Assembly (NCBI GenBank): GCA_018266375.1
Contig: JAFEAO010000001.1
Location: 6,800-70,799, forward strand
Direction of reading: 5' to 3'
Length of the DNA stretch: 64,000 nt
DNA from: Bdellovibrionales bacterium
GTDB lineage: Bacteria; Bdellovibrionota; UBA1018; CAIMNF01
The position numbers and the translations under genes are program-made. Numbering within the stretch: the stretch's first letter is position 1; each line of letters starts with the position of its first letter. Below, piece after piece: positions 55,495-64,000 of this stretch. Under the pieces are notes generated by a model, which was given only the letters and a program-made list of their open reading frames with translations, did no database searches and was not told the DNA's origin.

Positions 55495-56933
55495 GGCACG
55501 ACCTTCACCGGATTTGAAATCACCCACTGATACCGCTGAGACGCGTACTTTTTGCTGAAGATGAGGTCAAACAGATGCAGCGGATACATATAGACGTGCA
55601 TCCGGTAGTGACCCGCGGCCGGATTATTGTAAACGATTTGCTCCCCACCCTTTGCCAATGCGACGACCGATTCGTTCCCGGATGCATCAATGTAATGGAG
55701 CTCGCCTTCGATGAACGGTTGATTGCGCGGGTTCATAAAAAAGGAAGACGAATGCGCTGTCGGAACAGTTGCGATGATCGAAGCCATCTGCCCGCCCACG
55801 GTGAGGGTACCGCCCATCTCGACGATGGTTCCGTTTTGATTTCCGTAAAAATCGAGACCCGCCGGAGTGCCGATCCCTTCGAGCGCGAAGTAGACCCGTC
55901 CCGCTTGAATCGCCGCTTTAATGGTCGTGCTGTCGTCGGCTGTCGTGAGCACGAGGTTGGACATGAATCTCGTCATCCGGCGATGGCCGTCGAGGCGCTC
56001 TCCGTCTGACGCTTTTTGCGGGAAAACGTTTTCGTGCGAATCGAGTCCGCCGAGACCGGTGACTTGCATCCCACCTGCGAGAAGCGCATTCCAACGCTGC
56101 ATATATACCGGCGCAAATTGCACGAACTCCATGAAAAAGAAATCGGCATTGAGCTGATTGAACGGATCGACCAGATAATTCAAAAATTTTGCAATATGCT
56201 CGAAAGGCGCGAGGCCAAGCCACTTTTTACGCAACTTCGGATCGATATTGGCATGGACGTTGTAGATCTCGATAAATTTAGGCGCGATGCTTTGAATCGT
56301 CGTGAGATCGCGGCTCTCAGTGTGCGGAACTCCAACCAGCGCGTTTGATAGGGTTTCAAGTTGGGCACGCTCAGTAGACGACTCTCCTCCATAGATTGCT
56401 TGTCGAGTGGCAATCACCGGCGAAGCGTGATGCTCCATCCCGAGCGCAAGCAAGCGGCCTTCGAGGCCCGGAGCCATCGCCGATTTAAAACCGTCCGAGC
56501 AATTGATCTGAGTCGCGATGGGCTCCGCGGAGCCATTGTAAAGAATCGTATCCCCTGCTTCCGCCAGCACGAGTTGCGGAAATTCGTAGTCAGCTAAATG
56601 CGAAACGTGATCGGTGAGGAACGCGAGGTTGACGTGATTGGTGCAGAATGCTTTTTTGATGTCATGAAGGCAGTCGGTATTGGGATTACCTGCATCATCA
56701 AGTCCTTTGCTGTCGCAAGCGTCAAAGCTGTAAGGACTATGAAAATGCGTTTGCACGCGCGCGAAGTGAAGCCCGCGTACTGTTCCGAGTGCCGTCGTAT
56801 CGACAAGTCCCGGGCTCGGATCTTTGCGAGCGCAAGAACTCGCCATGGCCGTTAAAGCTGCAACCCAAATGATCAATGATGCCGTGCGTTTATTTTTACT
56901 CACCCCTGGAATCCTTGATCTGCACACTACCAC
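55491..56933 (-). CDS. Secreted metal-dependent phosphoesterase-like protein (PHP-like motif), 480 aa
   Basis: ...HFARVQTHFHSPYSFDA... resembles the PHP/CehA-type His-x-His metal site. N-terminal hydrophobic signal with a GTG start. Assignment is weak. Confidence 0.35.
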   Translation of the reverse strand: MVVCRSRIPGVSKNKRTASLIIWVAALTAMASSCARKDPSPGLVDTTALGTVRGLHFARVQTHFHSPYSFDACDSKGLDDAGNPNTDCLHDIKKAFCTNHVNLAFLTDHVSHLADYEFPQLVLAEAGDTILYNGSAEPIATQINCSDGFKSAMAPGLEGRLLALGMEHHASPVIATRQAIYGGESSTERAQLETLSNALVGVPHTESRDLTTIQSIAPKFIEIYNVHANIDPKLRKKWLGLAPFEHIAKFLNYLVDPFNQLNADFFFMEFVQFAPVYMQRWNALLAGGMQVTGLGGLDSHENVFPQKASDGERLDGHRRMTRFMSNLVLTTADDSTTIKAAIQAGRVYFALEGIGTPAGLDFYGNQNGTIVEMGGTLTVGGQMASIIATVPTAHSSSFFMNPRNQPFIEGELHYIDASGNESVVALAKGGEQIVYNNPAAGHYRMHVYMYPLHLFDLIFSKKYASQRYQWVISNPVKVVP

Positions 56934-57146
56934 CTGATTTTGGGCCCGTCATCCCGTTTTTTCGTATAATCCACTATGATTTCGATGAATTAGCCCTCTT
57001 TAGGTTCTCCCATCCGCCGCCGATAAGGATTTAAGGCCAAGGACTTACGTTGGCGATCACCCCAAACTCTCTGTTGCCACTGGACGGTAAGCACAGTTTG
57101 AAACGAGCTACTCACACTTGAAACGTGGGAGTGATTCGAGGACAAC

Positions 57147-57824
57147 ATGCTGATCCCGTTTCGCGCATTTTTATTCGTCATCGCTTTGGTCACTGGCGTG
57201 ATCACCTCATACACCGTGTTCGCCGAAGAACTCGTGTTTGACCGTCTCGACGGTCATGGTCCGTCGGGCAAACGCGTCGACGTCATCGAGTGGGAAGGTA
57301 ACCTCGAAGTTCACGTTTATCCGAAGGGCTCATTGAAAGGTTTGAGCGTAAAACTCGACGATCGCGAAAAGGGCAAGAAAGTGATGGTCATCGGTTATCG
57401 TTTCGACGCGGATAAAAACGCGCATCCACTCGTCCGTCGCGCGATCTTGGGTGTGCCGTTCAACGCAAATTTGAAAGCGTTTATCGACAGGTCCGAGCCC
57501 GAATTCGACAAACTCGCGATCTCGAACAACGGCCTCGCCAAGCCTTGGGAAAATTACCAGCTCGATCCGGCCGTGAAGCAATGGTACCCTGATGGTGTGG
57601 AAGACAGGAACGAAGAGAACAACGCGCAACCTTTCTTGGGCAGCAAATCGATTCCGGAAAACAACACTCGACCGGCGAACACCGTTCGTACGACCGGCGA
57701 CACCGTAAAAGGCCAGCAGCGCGCTCCGGCGTCCGTGATTTCTGACGACGATTTCGGTGATATGCGTGAAACCGATCAAAAAGCCCAAGACAAGGAAGGC
57801 CGGATTAAAAACTTCTCGTGGTAA
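57147..57824 (+). CDS. Secreted hypothetical protein (225 aa)
   Basis: N-terminal hydrophobic signal MLIPFRAFLFVIALVTGVITSYTVFA. No family motif. Confidence 0.45.
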   Translation: MLIPFRAFLFVIALVTGVITSYTVFAEELVFDRLDGHGPSGKRVDVIEWEGNLEVHVYPKGSLKGLSVKLDDREKGKKVMVIGYRFDADKNAHPLVRRAILGVPFNANLKAFIDRSEPEFDKLAISNNGLAKPWENYQLDPAVKQWYPDGVEDRNEENNAQPFLGSKSIPENNTRPANTVRTTGDTVKGQQRAPASVISDDDFGDMRETDQKAQDKEGRIKNFSW

Positions 57825-58348
57825 TCGAAACCGAAAGACTGCGCCTTCGTCCGATGACCGTGAACGACGCTGCGTTCATGCTCGCCCTCATGAATGAACC
57901 GATCTATCACCAAAATATCGGCGACCGGGGATTGCGCACGGTTGAAGACGCTCGCAAATACATCCAAGAAAAAATCATCGCCGGCGCCGCTAAAAACGGA
58001 TTCGGAATCGGCATCGTTGAAATCCTCGATTTGGACAATGATGACGACGAAGCACCCGGCGAAGTGGTCGGTATCTGCGGACTGGTAAAACGCGATCACC
58101 TTCCGGCGGTCGATATCGCTTTTGCCTTCGCTGCAAATCATCGCGGACAAGGTTATGCGACCGAAGCGGCAAGCGCGGTACTTGATTATGCACGCCTCCG
58201 ACTCAAGCTCAAAACCATTGCAGGCGTCGTCAATCCGACGAACAAATCGTCGATCAAAGTTTTGGAAAAGCTCGGTTTGAAATTCAAAAACAAAGTCACG
58301 CTTCCGGGTGAGGCTGCGGCGATCGATTACTACGAACGCAACCTTTAA
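57818..58348 (+). CDS. GNAT-family N-acetyltransferase (RimJ/RimL-like)
   Basis: ETERLRLRPMTVNDAAFMLALMNEP N-terminus and the ...NHRGQGYATEA... acetyl-CoA-binding motif. GTG start overlaps the upstream stop. Confidence 0.7.
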   Translation: MVIETERLRLRPMTVNDAAFMLALMNEPIYHQNIGDRGLRTVEDARKYIQEKIIAGAAKNGFGIGIVEILDLDNDDDEAPGEVVGICGLVKRDHLPAVDIAFAFAANHRGQGYATEAASAVLDYARLRLKLKTIAGVVNPTNKSSIKVLEKLGLKFKNKVTLPGEAAAIDYYERNL

Positions 58349-58438
58349 ACATTCACGCGGTTAAACAATAATCATTTAAAGTAACAGTTCCTGATCAAAA
58401 AATTGGGCGCTCCGCCTTTGCAGTGATACAATTCGCGC

Positions 58439-60100
58439 ATGCCGCGCTCCGACCTTAATCAGTCAGTTGCATCCCTCCTCCTCTGCTCGTTTCTCACGAG
58501 TCCCGCGCACGCGATGTGTGATTCAAATGACTGGACCGTGCAACCGACCGTTCAAAAACTTTCCGAAATGCCTTTCGACCGATACGTTCAGAAACGCTGG
58601 CAGCTCGACATCGATGAAATCGACCGTCGGTTCGCTCAAATCGGGGAAAAACCCGCGGGGGTGTCGCTTGCGGCGGACCTCGACCCGAAGATGGAGTACG
58701 TCAACGTATGGGAACGAGATAACGGCATTACCGCTCGGCAAATCAAGGAACGCAAATTGTGGCTCGCTTACCTCGACCGCGCAGCCGCTCGCAGGTTGGC
58801 CGCTAAGGTTCAAAAACACGATTTGAGCCATGCCCTATTCAACCAAAAAGGCGATCCATTGCCTTGGCTCTCTCAGGGCGACGGTCCGGCTTACCGGTCG
58901 TTGAACGAGAATACGGAAGCCCTTTATCAGCTAAAACTGGGCCAGCGCCAGGAAGCGTTGAAATACTACAATCCGGTCGACGGACTCATTTTTAAAGCGG
59001 ATGGAACGTTCGAAACCAAATTAAAAGACGGCAAAGATCTGAACACCGCTAAACAAGATGCCGACTGGCTCGCGGAGAAATCACTCAAAGACACTGTCGA
59101 TCTTTGGGAAGAAATCGGCGGAATCCACTTTCATACCGCTATGCTCGACCACGCGGCACTCGAAAACGCTTACCAGATGGAATTGCGCTTTTCGAACAAC
59201 ATCGAAACCGCGGACGCGATCAAGTACCGGACCGCCGCCGACAAGATCAAGCTCTATGTGCGCAAAAACGCGTGGGATGCCGAAGGCAAATACCTGAAAT
59301 CGACCTTAACGGTCAATCCGAAGCTCGGCTTCCGAGTCAAGGAACCACTCGACATCGCGGTCATAATCGGCTGGTTGCACACTCGGAATTATATCGATCC
59401 GTCCCGCGCAATTTACAGCGGCACCGACGATATGATGCTCGCGACGATGGCCACGCTTGAAAGCAGATTCGAGCAAAACTACGTGATCAACAAACAAGAC
59501 TTCGTGACAAAAAAATCCAATCAAGGTGCGGTCTTCCTCGGTCGTTACACCTGGGATCCGTTTCACGGTGGAAACTCGTGGGCTCTAGCCAACTACATCG
59601 CCGCGCAATTTTATACGGTCGACGCGGAGTTAATCTTAGGCGGCGCTCCCGTTAAGATTAACGCGATCAACCGGGGGTTCTTCGCACGTTTGCTCGGTGT
59701 CGAGCTCACCAATCCTAAAATTGCGGTTGGCACACCGGTTCAGAACGGATTCCGGAATGAAGTGGTGAACGCGATGAAAAAAAAGGGCGAAGCGTACCTT
59801 CGCCTCATGCAACGCGTGACTCCGGATGACGGAATTTTCCACGAACAAATCGCGCGCGGCTACGTCCCGGACGACAAAGGATATCCGTGGGCGGACGAGT
59901 ACCGCAAGTTGATCGGCTTAGCGTGGGATAAATCCCACGTTCCGGTCGTCGATAAGGACCTGCCGATCATGCTCGGAGCCCGAAACCTACTTTGGAACAA
60001 TTACGAAGAAGAAGTGTCTTTCGAAGATATCGCCCGTCTCAATCGGAAGATGCAAAACCGCGCTGAACTCGAACAAAAAGCCAAACAAAGACGCCATTGA
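58439..60100 (+). CDS. Secreted GH15-like (glucoamylase/glucodextranase superfamily) (alpha/alpha)6-barrel protein, 553 aa
   Basis: GRYTWDPFHGGNSWALANYIAAQFY parallels the GH15 'GRYPED.Y.GGNPW.L.T' motif. Signal peptide ...LLCSFLTSPAHA. Confidence 0.5.
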   Translation: MPRSDLNQSVASLLLCSFLTSPAHAMCDSNDWTVQPTVQKLSEMPFDRYVQKRWQLDIDEIDRRFAQIGEKPAGVSLAADLDPKMEYVNVWERDNGITARQIKERKLWLAYLDRAAARRLAAKVQKHDLSHALFNQKGDPLPWLSQGDGPAYRSLNENTEALYQLKLGQRQEALKYYNPVDGLIFKADGTFETKLKDGKDLNTAKQDADWLAEKSLKDTVDLWEEIGGIHFHTAMLDHAALENAYQMELRFSNNIETADAIKYRTAADKIKLYVRKNAWDAEGKYLKSTLTVNPKLGFRVKEPLDIAVIIGWLHTRNYIDPSRAIYSGTDDMMLATMATLESRFEQNYVINKQDFVTKKSNQGAVFLGRYTWDPFHGGNSWALANYIAAQFYTVDAELILGGAPVKINAINRGFFARLLGVELTNPKIAVGTPVQNGFRNEVVNAMKKKGEAYLRLMQRVTPDDGIFHEQIARGYVPDDKGYPWADEYRKLIGLAWDKSHVPVVDKDLPIMLGARNLLWNNYEEEVSFEDIARLNRKMQNRAELEQKAKQRRH

Positions 60101-60113
60101 AAAACTTCATAAT

Positions 60114-60677
60114 TTAAATCGCCGTGACTTCGATCACTTCCGGAACAAGTTCTTTAAGCTTTGTTTCGATACCCATTTTGAGGGTCATCGAAGAGCTCGG
60201 ACAACCCGAGCAAGCGCCTTGCATGTGCAAATAGGCAACACCGTCTTCGAATCGGTCGAGGGTCACGTCGCCACCGTCCATCGCCACTGCCGGACGAATT
60301 TCATCGTCCAAAAACTTTTGAATACGTCGCTCGACTTCAGAGGCATTTTGACTTCCGAGCTTGTTGGTCTCTTCTTCGTTCACGACCATCTCGCCCGCGG
60401 TGAGGTGGGATTCGATCAACTCGGACGCGCTCTTGTGCACGAGATCCCAATCACCGTCTTCAGTCTTGGTCACGGTGACGAAATCACGACCGATCATGAC
60501 GCCCGAGATTCCCACGATTTTAAGGAGCTTCGTCGCGAGTGGCGAGCGCGCTTCGGCGTCCGCGAGGTTGGTAAAGTTAGCCGCGCCCTTATCGAGGAGC
60601 TTGCGATTGACCGAATACTTCAAAGTATTCGGGTTTGGGGTGAATTCGAGGGATACGTAGACCGCAGATTGTTCCAT
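60114..60677 (-). CDS. NfuA/NifU-like Fe-S cluster carrier protein
   Basis: C-terminal Nfu domain ...HMQGACSGCPSSSMTLKMGIE... (CxxC), 187 aa. Confidence 0.7.
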   Translation of the reverse strand: MEQSAVYVSLEFTPNPNTLKYSVNRKLLDKGAANFTNLADAEARSPLATKLLKIVGISGVMIGRDFVTVTKTEDGDWDLVHKSASELIESHLTAGEMVVNEEETNKLGSQNASEVERRIQKFLDDEIRPAVAMDGGDVTLDRFEDGVAYLHMQGACSGCPSSSMTLKMGIETKLKELVPEVIEVTAI

Positions 60678-60779
60678 GAGATAAATCTATACTAAAAAGT
60701 ATGGTTTTTCAACTCTGAGACGTGTCCGGGCTTAAAATCCCCTATTTTTGTGCCAGAAACGAGGGTATCTTCCTAAGAT

Positions 60780-62183
60780 ATGGAATTCATACCCACGATT
60801 CTCTCTGGCGGCGCCGGCACCCGTCTTTGGCCGGTCTCCCGGACCAAGTTTCCTAAACAATTTTGCGATATTTTCAATTCCAGCCTCTTCCAGATGACTC
60901 TCGACCGTCTCTCGAAGCTCGGCTCCCCTTGGGTGGTGACCAACGAAGGCCTGAAGGTCCTGACCGAAACCGCGCTTCGGAATTCCGCCATTCCGGTGGA
61001 ACAAGCTCTGTTCGAGCCGAAAGCCAATAACACCGCGCCTGCGATTGCCTTCCTTTGCAAAGTGCTTCAACAACAAGGAAAGCAAAAATCCGTTGTGGGG
61101 ATTTTTCCGTCCGACCACCTGGTCGACAATGCCAAAAACTTTGAAGCGGCGGTAAAACTCGGAATCGAGTGCGCGCAAAAAGGCCAGGTCGTCACGCTCG
61201 GAATCAAGCCGACTTACCCGGCGACCGGCTACGGTTACATCGAGATCACCAAAGATGTTTTTAAAACTTCGGGTGGTTTGAGCGCGCAACCGACCAAGGG
61301 CTTCCGTGAGAAACCGAACTTCGATACTGCCGAAAACTTCATCGCGGCCGGAAATTTTTTCTGGAACGCGGGGATGTTTATCTTCGAAGCGGCAACCATG
61401 ATCGAACATTTCAAAAAGTGGATGCCGGATCTGTGGGCCGTGATCGACACGCTTGCGCCGAATTTCAATAATCTAAAAGAAGTCTACGCCCGTTGCCCGT
61501 CCCAGAGTATCGACTACGGCATCATGGAAAAAATCAAAGAACAGGTTTGTATCCCGTGCGATCTTGGCTGGAGCGACGTCGGATCCTGGGATGAGATCGC
61601 GAAACTCAAACCGTCGGCACCGAAAACCGAAGTGGACTCCTACCGAAATTACGTATTTTCCGAATCGGCTTCAATCGGCGATAAAGTCGTTGGCTTCATC
61701 GATGTCACCGATTTGATCGTGATCGACACGGTGGACGCGCTCCTGATCACGAAGCGAGACTCTTCTCAGAAAGTGAAAACCCTTTTAGAGATCATTTTGA
61801 AATCGGGTCCGGGCCGTGCGGGTAAACTCGCGGCCGAGCACCCGTTTGAAATCCGTCCTTGGGGCCGCTTCGAAGTTTTGCGCGACACCGACGGATTTAA
61901 ATCAAAAATCATCCAGGTCAATCCGGGCCAACAGCTATCTTATCAAAGCCATGCTAAGCGCGCCGAACACTGGGTGATCGTCAAAGGCAACCCGGAAGTC
62001 ACTCTCGACGACGTCGTTCATCAACTTAAACCCGGCGAAAACATCTACATCCCACAAGGCGCCAAACACCGTATCCGTAATCCGGACAAAAAAGAAATCG
62101 TGGAGTTCGTCGAAGTCCAGGTCGGCACCTACTTCGGAGAGGACGACATCGTCCGCTACCAAGACGATTACAAACGCGTATAG
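60780..62183 (+). CDS. manC: Mannose-1-phosphate guanylyltransferase / mannose-6-phosphate isomerase (bifunctional, cupin C-terminus)
   Basis: MEFIPTILSGGAGTRLWPVSR nucleotidyltransferase N-terminus and a C-terminal cupin region ...KRAEHWVIVKGNPEVTL...GENIYIPQGAKHRIRN. Confidence 0.85.
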   Translation: MEFIPTILSGGAGTRLWPVSRTKFPKQFCDIFNSSLFQMTLDRLSKLGSPWVVTNEGLKVLTETALRNSAIPVEQALFEPKANNTAPAIAFLCKVLQQQGKQKSVVGIFPSDHLVDNAKNFEAAVKLGIECAQKGQVVTLGIKPTYPATGYGYIEITKDVFKTSGGLSAQPTKGFREKPNFDTAENFIAAGNFFWNAGMFIFEAATMIEHFKKWMPDLWAVIDTLAPNFNNLKEVYARCPSQSIDYGIMEKIKEQVCIPCDLGWSDVGSWDEIAKLKPSAPKTEVDSYRNYVFSESASIGDKVVGFIDVTDLIVIDTVDALLITKRDSSQKVKTLLEIILKSGPGRAGKLAAEHPFEIRPWGRFEVLRDTDGFKSKIIQVNPGQQLSYQSHAKRAEHWVIVKGNPEVTLDDVVHQLKPGENIYIPQGAKHRIRNPDKKEIVEFVEVQVGTYFGEDDIVRYQDDYKRV

Positions 62184-62205
62184 AAGGTAACGGGTGCATT
62201 ACGGT

Positions 62206-63150
62206 TTAGATCTTCGCGAAATACTCGTGTGTGAGCTTTAAGCCCTCGGCAAGCTGCACCCTTGGTTCCCAATTGAGGAGTCGTTGTGCGGTCGTGATGT
62301 CGGGCTTGCGTTGCTTTGGGTCGTCGCTCGGCAAAGGCCTGAACGTCATCTGGAGCGCTTTGCCCGTGAGCTTCTCGATCTCTTTGGCAAGTTCGAGAAT
62401 GGTGAACTCGTTCGGGTTACCCAAGTTCACCGGCTGATTGTAATCCACATCCATCAAGCGAATTACGCCTTCAATGAGATCACTCACGTATTGGAAGCTA
62501 CGAGTTTGTTTGCCGTCACCGTAGATCGTGAACTCCTGCCCGCGAATCGCCTGCATGAGGAGGTTCGTGACCACGCGGCCATCTTCCGGATCCATCTTCG
62601 GCCCGTACGTGTTGAAGATACGGATCACACGCACGTCGAGTTTTTTGGCGCGATGGTAGGCGTAAGTGATCGCCTCTCCGTAACGTTTGCCTTCGTCGTA
62701 GATGGAGCGCACACCGATCGGATTGACATTACCCCAGTAACTCTCGGTTTGCGGATGCACGAGCGGATCGCCGTACACTTCGGACGTCGAAGAATAGAAA
62801 AACTTGGCGCGAGATGCATGCGCGAAATCGAGAAGATGGCGAGTCCCCTCGCCATTGACGAGCATGGTCTCAATCGGAATCGCGAAATACTTAGGTGGAG
62901 ACGCCGGAGACGCGAAGTGCATCACCCAATCAAACTTCATACGCGATACCGGACACGCGATCGGAAAGGGCTTTGAAATATCGTGTTCTAGGAAATCAAA
63001 GTCCTTATTGGTCTTGAGACCATCGAGATTGATGGAGCGGCCGGTACAAAAATTGTCGATGCCTAAAACAAAGTGTCCGTGCGCCGTAAGTTCGGTCGCG
63101 AGATGGGATCCAATAAAGCCGGCTGCGCCCGTCAGTAAGATATTGGCCAT
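62206..63150 (-). CDS. UDP-glucuronate decarboxylase (UXS-type SDR; UDP-xylose synthase)
   Basis: ILLTGAAGFIGSHL Rossmann motif, the YxxxK region (...YDEGKRYGE...), 314 aa, with overall UXS-like spacing. Confidence 0.75.
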   Translation of the reverse strand: MANILLTGAAGFIGSHLATELTAHGHFVLGIDNFCTGRSINLDGLKTNKDFDFLEHDISKPFPIACPVSRMKFDWVMHFASPASPPKYFAIPIETMLVNGEGTRHLLDFAHASRAKFFYSSTSEVYGDPLVHPQTESYWGNVNPIGVRSIYDEGKRYGEAITYAYHRAKKLDVRVIRIFNTYGPKMDPEDGRVVTNLLMQAIRGQEFTIYGDGKQTRSFQYVSDLIEGVIRLMDVDYNQPVNLGNPNEFTILELAKEIEKLTGKALQMTFRPLPSDDPKQRKPDITTAQRLLNWEPRVQLAEGLKLTHEYFAKI

Positions 63151-63153
63151 GGT

Positions 63154-64000
63154 TTAGGAGGATCTCCCAAGGATCGTGGTTTTTAAGCCGAGCTTTTGAA
63201 GCTTTGCTTGCTCGAAGAGACCTCGTCCGTCGAGGATAAACTTGTTTCTCATCGCACTTGCGGCTTCGTCAAACGCGAGGCTCGCAAATTCTGGCCATTC
63301 GGTAATCAAGCAAACAGCATCGGATTCCTGGAACACTTCCATCGCGCCATTTGCATACTCGATCTCGAGGCCCTTCCACTCTTTCTGAGCGCGTTCCATC
63401 GCGACCGGATCGTAAACCACGACCTTTGCGCCGCGCTCGATCAGCTTTTGTACAATCTCGTACGCCGGAGCATCACGAAGGTCATCAGTGAAAGGCTTAA
63501 ACGCGAGACCGAGAATCCCGATCTTCTTGCCTTTTAAAATTTTAAGCTCGTTCATCAGGATATCGACGACGCGAATGCGCTGACGAGAGTTGACGTCTTT
63601 TGCCGCTTTCGAGATCGGCATATTGAGGCCGTACTCTTGTCCGGTAGCAATGAGCGCCGCCGTATCTTTACCGAAGCATGATCCGCCCCAGCCAATGCCC
63701 GCTTGTAAAAAGCGGTTACCTATCCGCGAATCAAGGCCGATGCCTTTGGCGATGTGAGTGATGTCCGCTCCAACCTTTTCAGAAAGCTCGGCGATCTCGT
63801 TGATGAAAGAAATCTTCAGAGCCAGAAACGCGTTTGCTGCGTACTTGATGAGCTCGGCTGACTGAAGATCCGAAGCCAAAAAATGTACGGATTTAAAGCC
63901 TTCCGGACGCATCAAAAAACCAGGAGCCAGAAACGTTTGCTCGATGAGGGGTTTGTAGAGATCGCGAAGCACTTCGACCGCCTTCGGATCGTCCGCGCCA
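63154..64000 (-). CDS. ugd: UDP-glucose 6-dehydrogenase (N-terminal part lies beyond the window end; 3' partial in window coordinates)
   Basis: ...GWGGSCFGKDTAALIATGQEYG... is the UDPG/GDP-mannose dehydrogenase catalytic-Cys motif, plus a C-terminal UDP-binding domain. The frame is open to the window edge. Confidence 0.8.
   Translation of the reverse strand, partial: GADDPKAVEVLRDLYKPLIEQTFLAPGFLMRPEGFKSVHFLASDLQSAELIKYAANAFLALKISFINEIAELSEKVGADITHIAKGIGLDSRIGNRFLQAGIGWGGSCFGKDTAALIATGQEYGLNMPISKAAKDVNSRQRIRVVDILMNELKILKGKKIGILGLAFKPFTDDLRDAPAYEIVQKLIERGAKVVVYDPVAMERAQKEWKGLEIEYANGAMEVFQESDAVCLITEWPEFASLAFDEAASAMRNKFILDGRGLFEQAKLQKLGLKTTILGRSS

Noticed and set aside
1-64000. CRISPR arrays, IS elements, integrases, restriction-modification, toxin-antitoxin pairs and phage structural genes
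   Set aside because: No regularly spaced short direct repeats were seen. The only long repeats are the diverged protein-level modules of the giant gene. None of the translated ORFs shows transposase DDE, integrase R..H..R..Y, methyltransferase (DPPY/NPPY) or Cas-like motifs.

Overview
This 64-kb window is chromosomal DNA with moderate GC content. Genes are tightly packed, with many ATGA/TAATG start-stop overlaps. The gene content is most consistent with a Bdellovibrio-like deltaproteobacterial lineage; that placement is an inference from content, not a measured result.

Housekeeping genes recognised from the translations:
- rpmF-fabD-fabG-acpP, then a terminator, an S41 peptidase lipoprotein, and fabF-rpiB-glyA-acyl-CoA dehydrogenase.
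- pgi, an FHA-GGDEF diguanylate cyclase, mutL, miaA, ilvE, an RluA-family pseudouridine synthase, mnmC and a GT2 glycosyltransferase.
- An ettA-like ABC-F ATPase, a GNAT acetyltransferase, an NfuA-like protein, manC, a UDP-glucuronate decarboxylase and a partial UDP-glucose 6-dehydrogenase.

No rRNA, tRNA, CRISPR array, transposase, integrase, restriction-modification, toxin-antitoxin or phage genes were recognised.

The parts most worth a second look:
1. An eleven-gene co-directional operon (38.7-49.0 kb) encoding a TolQ/ExbB-type channel, two ExbD/TolR-type proteins, two large TPR proteins, a small secreted protein, a TonB-C-like single-TM protein, a GYF-like protein and an outer-membrane beta-barrel. 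This composition parallels the Myxococcus Agl motor plus GltD/E/F/G gliding 'core', or it is some other energised envelope machine.
2. A second MotA/MotB-type stator pair embedded in an operon with non-flagellar partners (18.7-23.1 kb).
3. A 2315-aa lipoprotein-anchored giant surface protein with Big-like Ig domains and a threefold-repeated Gly-rich module. Its middle repeat copy (about 26.8-29.1 kb) is distinctly more AT-rich than the rest of the gene.
4. A minus-strand operon of HAD hydrolase, B12-binding radical SAM enzyme with an atypical CX4CX2C motif, a MORN/YwqK-like lipoprotein and an orphan OmpR-type response regulator (49.1-53.0 kb).
5. A 91-nt hairpin with a near-perfect 35-bp stem that exactly fills a convergent intergenic gap (1161-1251).
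6. A strongly Shine-Dalgarno-driven 19-codon upstream ORF coupled by ATGA overlap to a downstream gene (448-507).
7. A histone-H1-like Lys/Ala-rich protein with a Cys-containing core and an acidic tail (2777-3565).

All functional calls rest on motif recognition in the supplied translations. No database searches were run.
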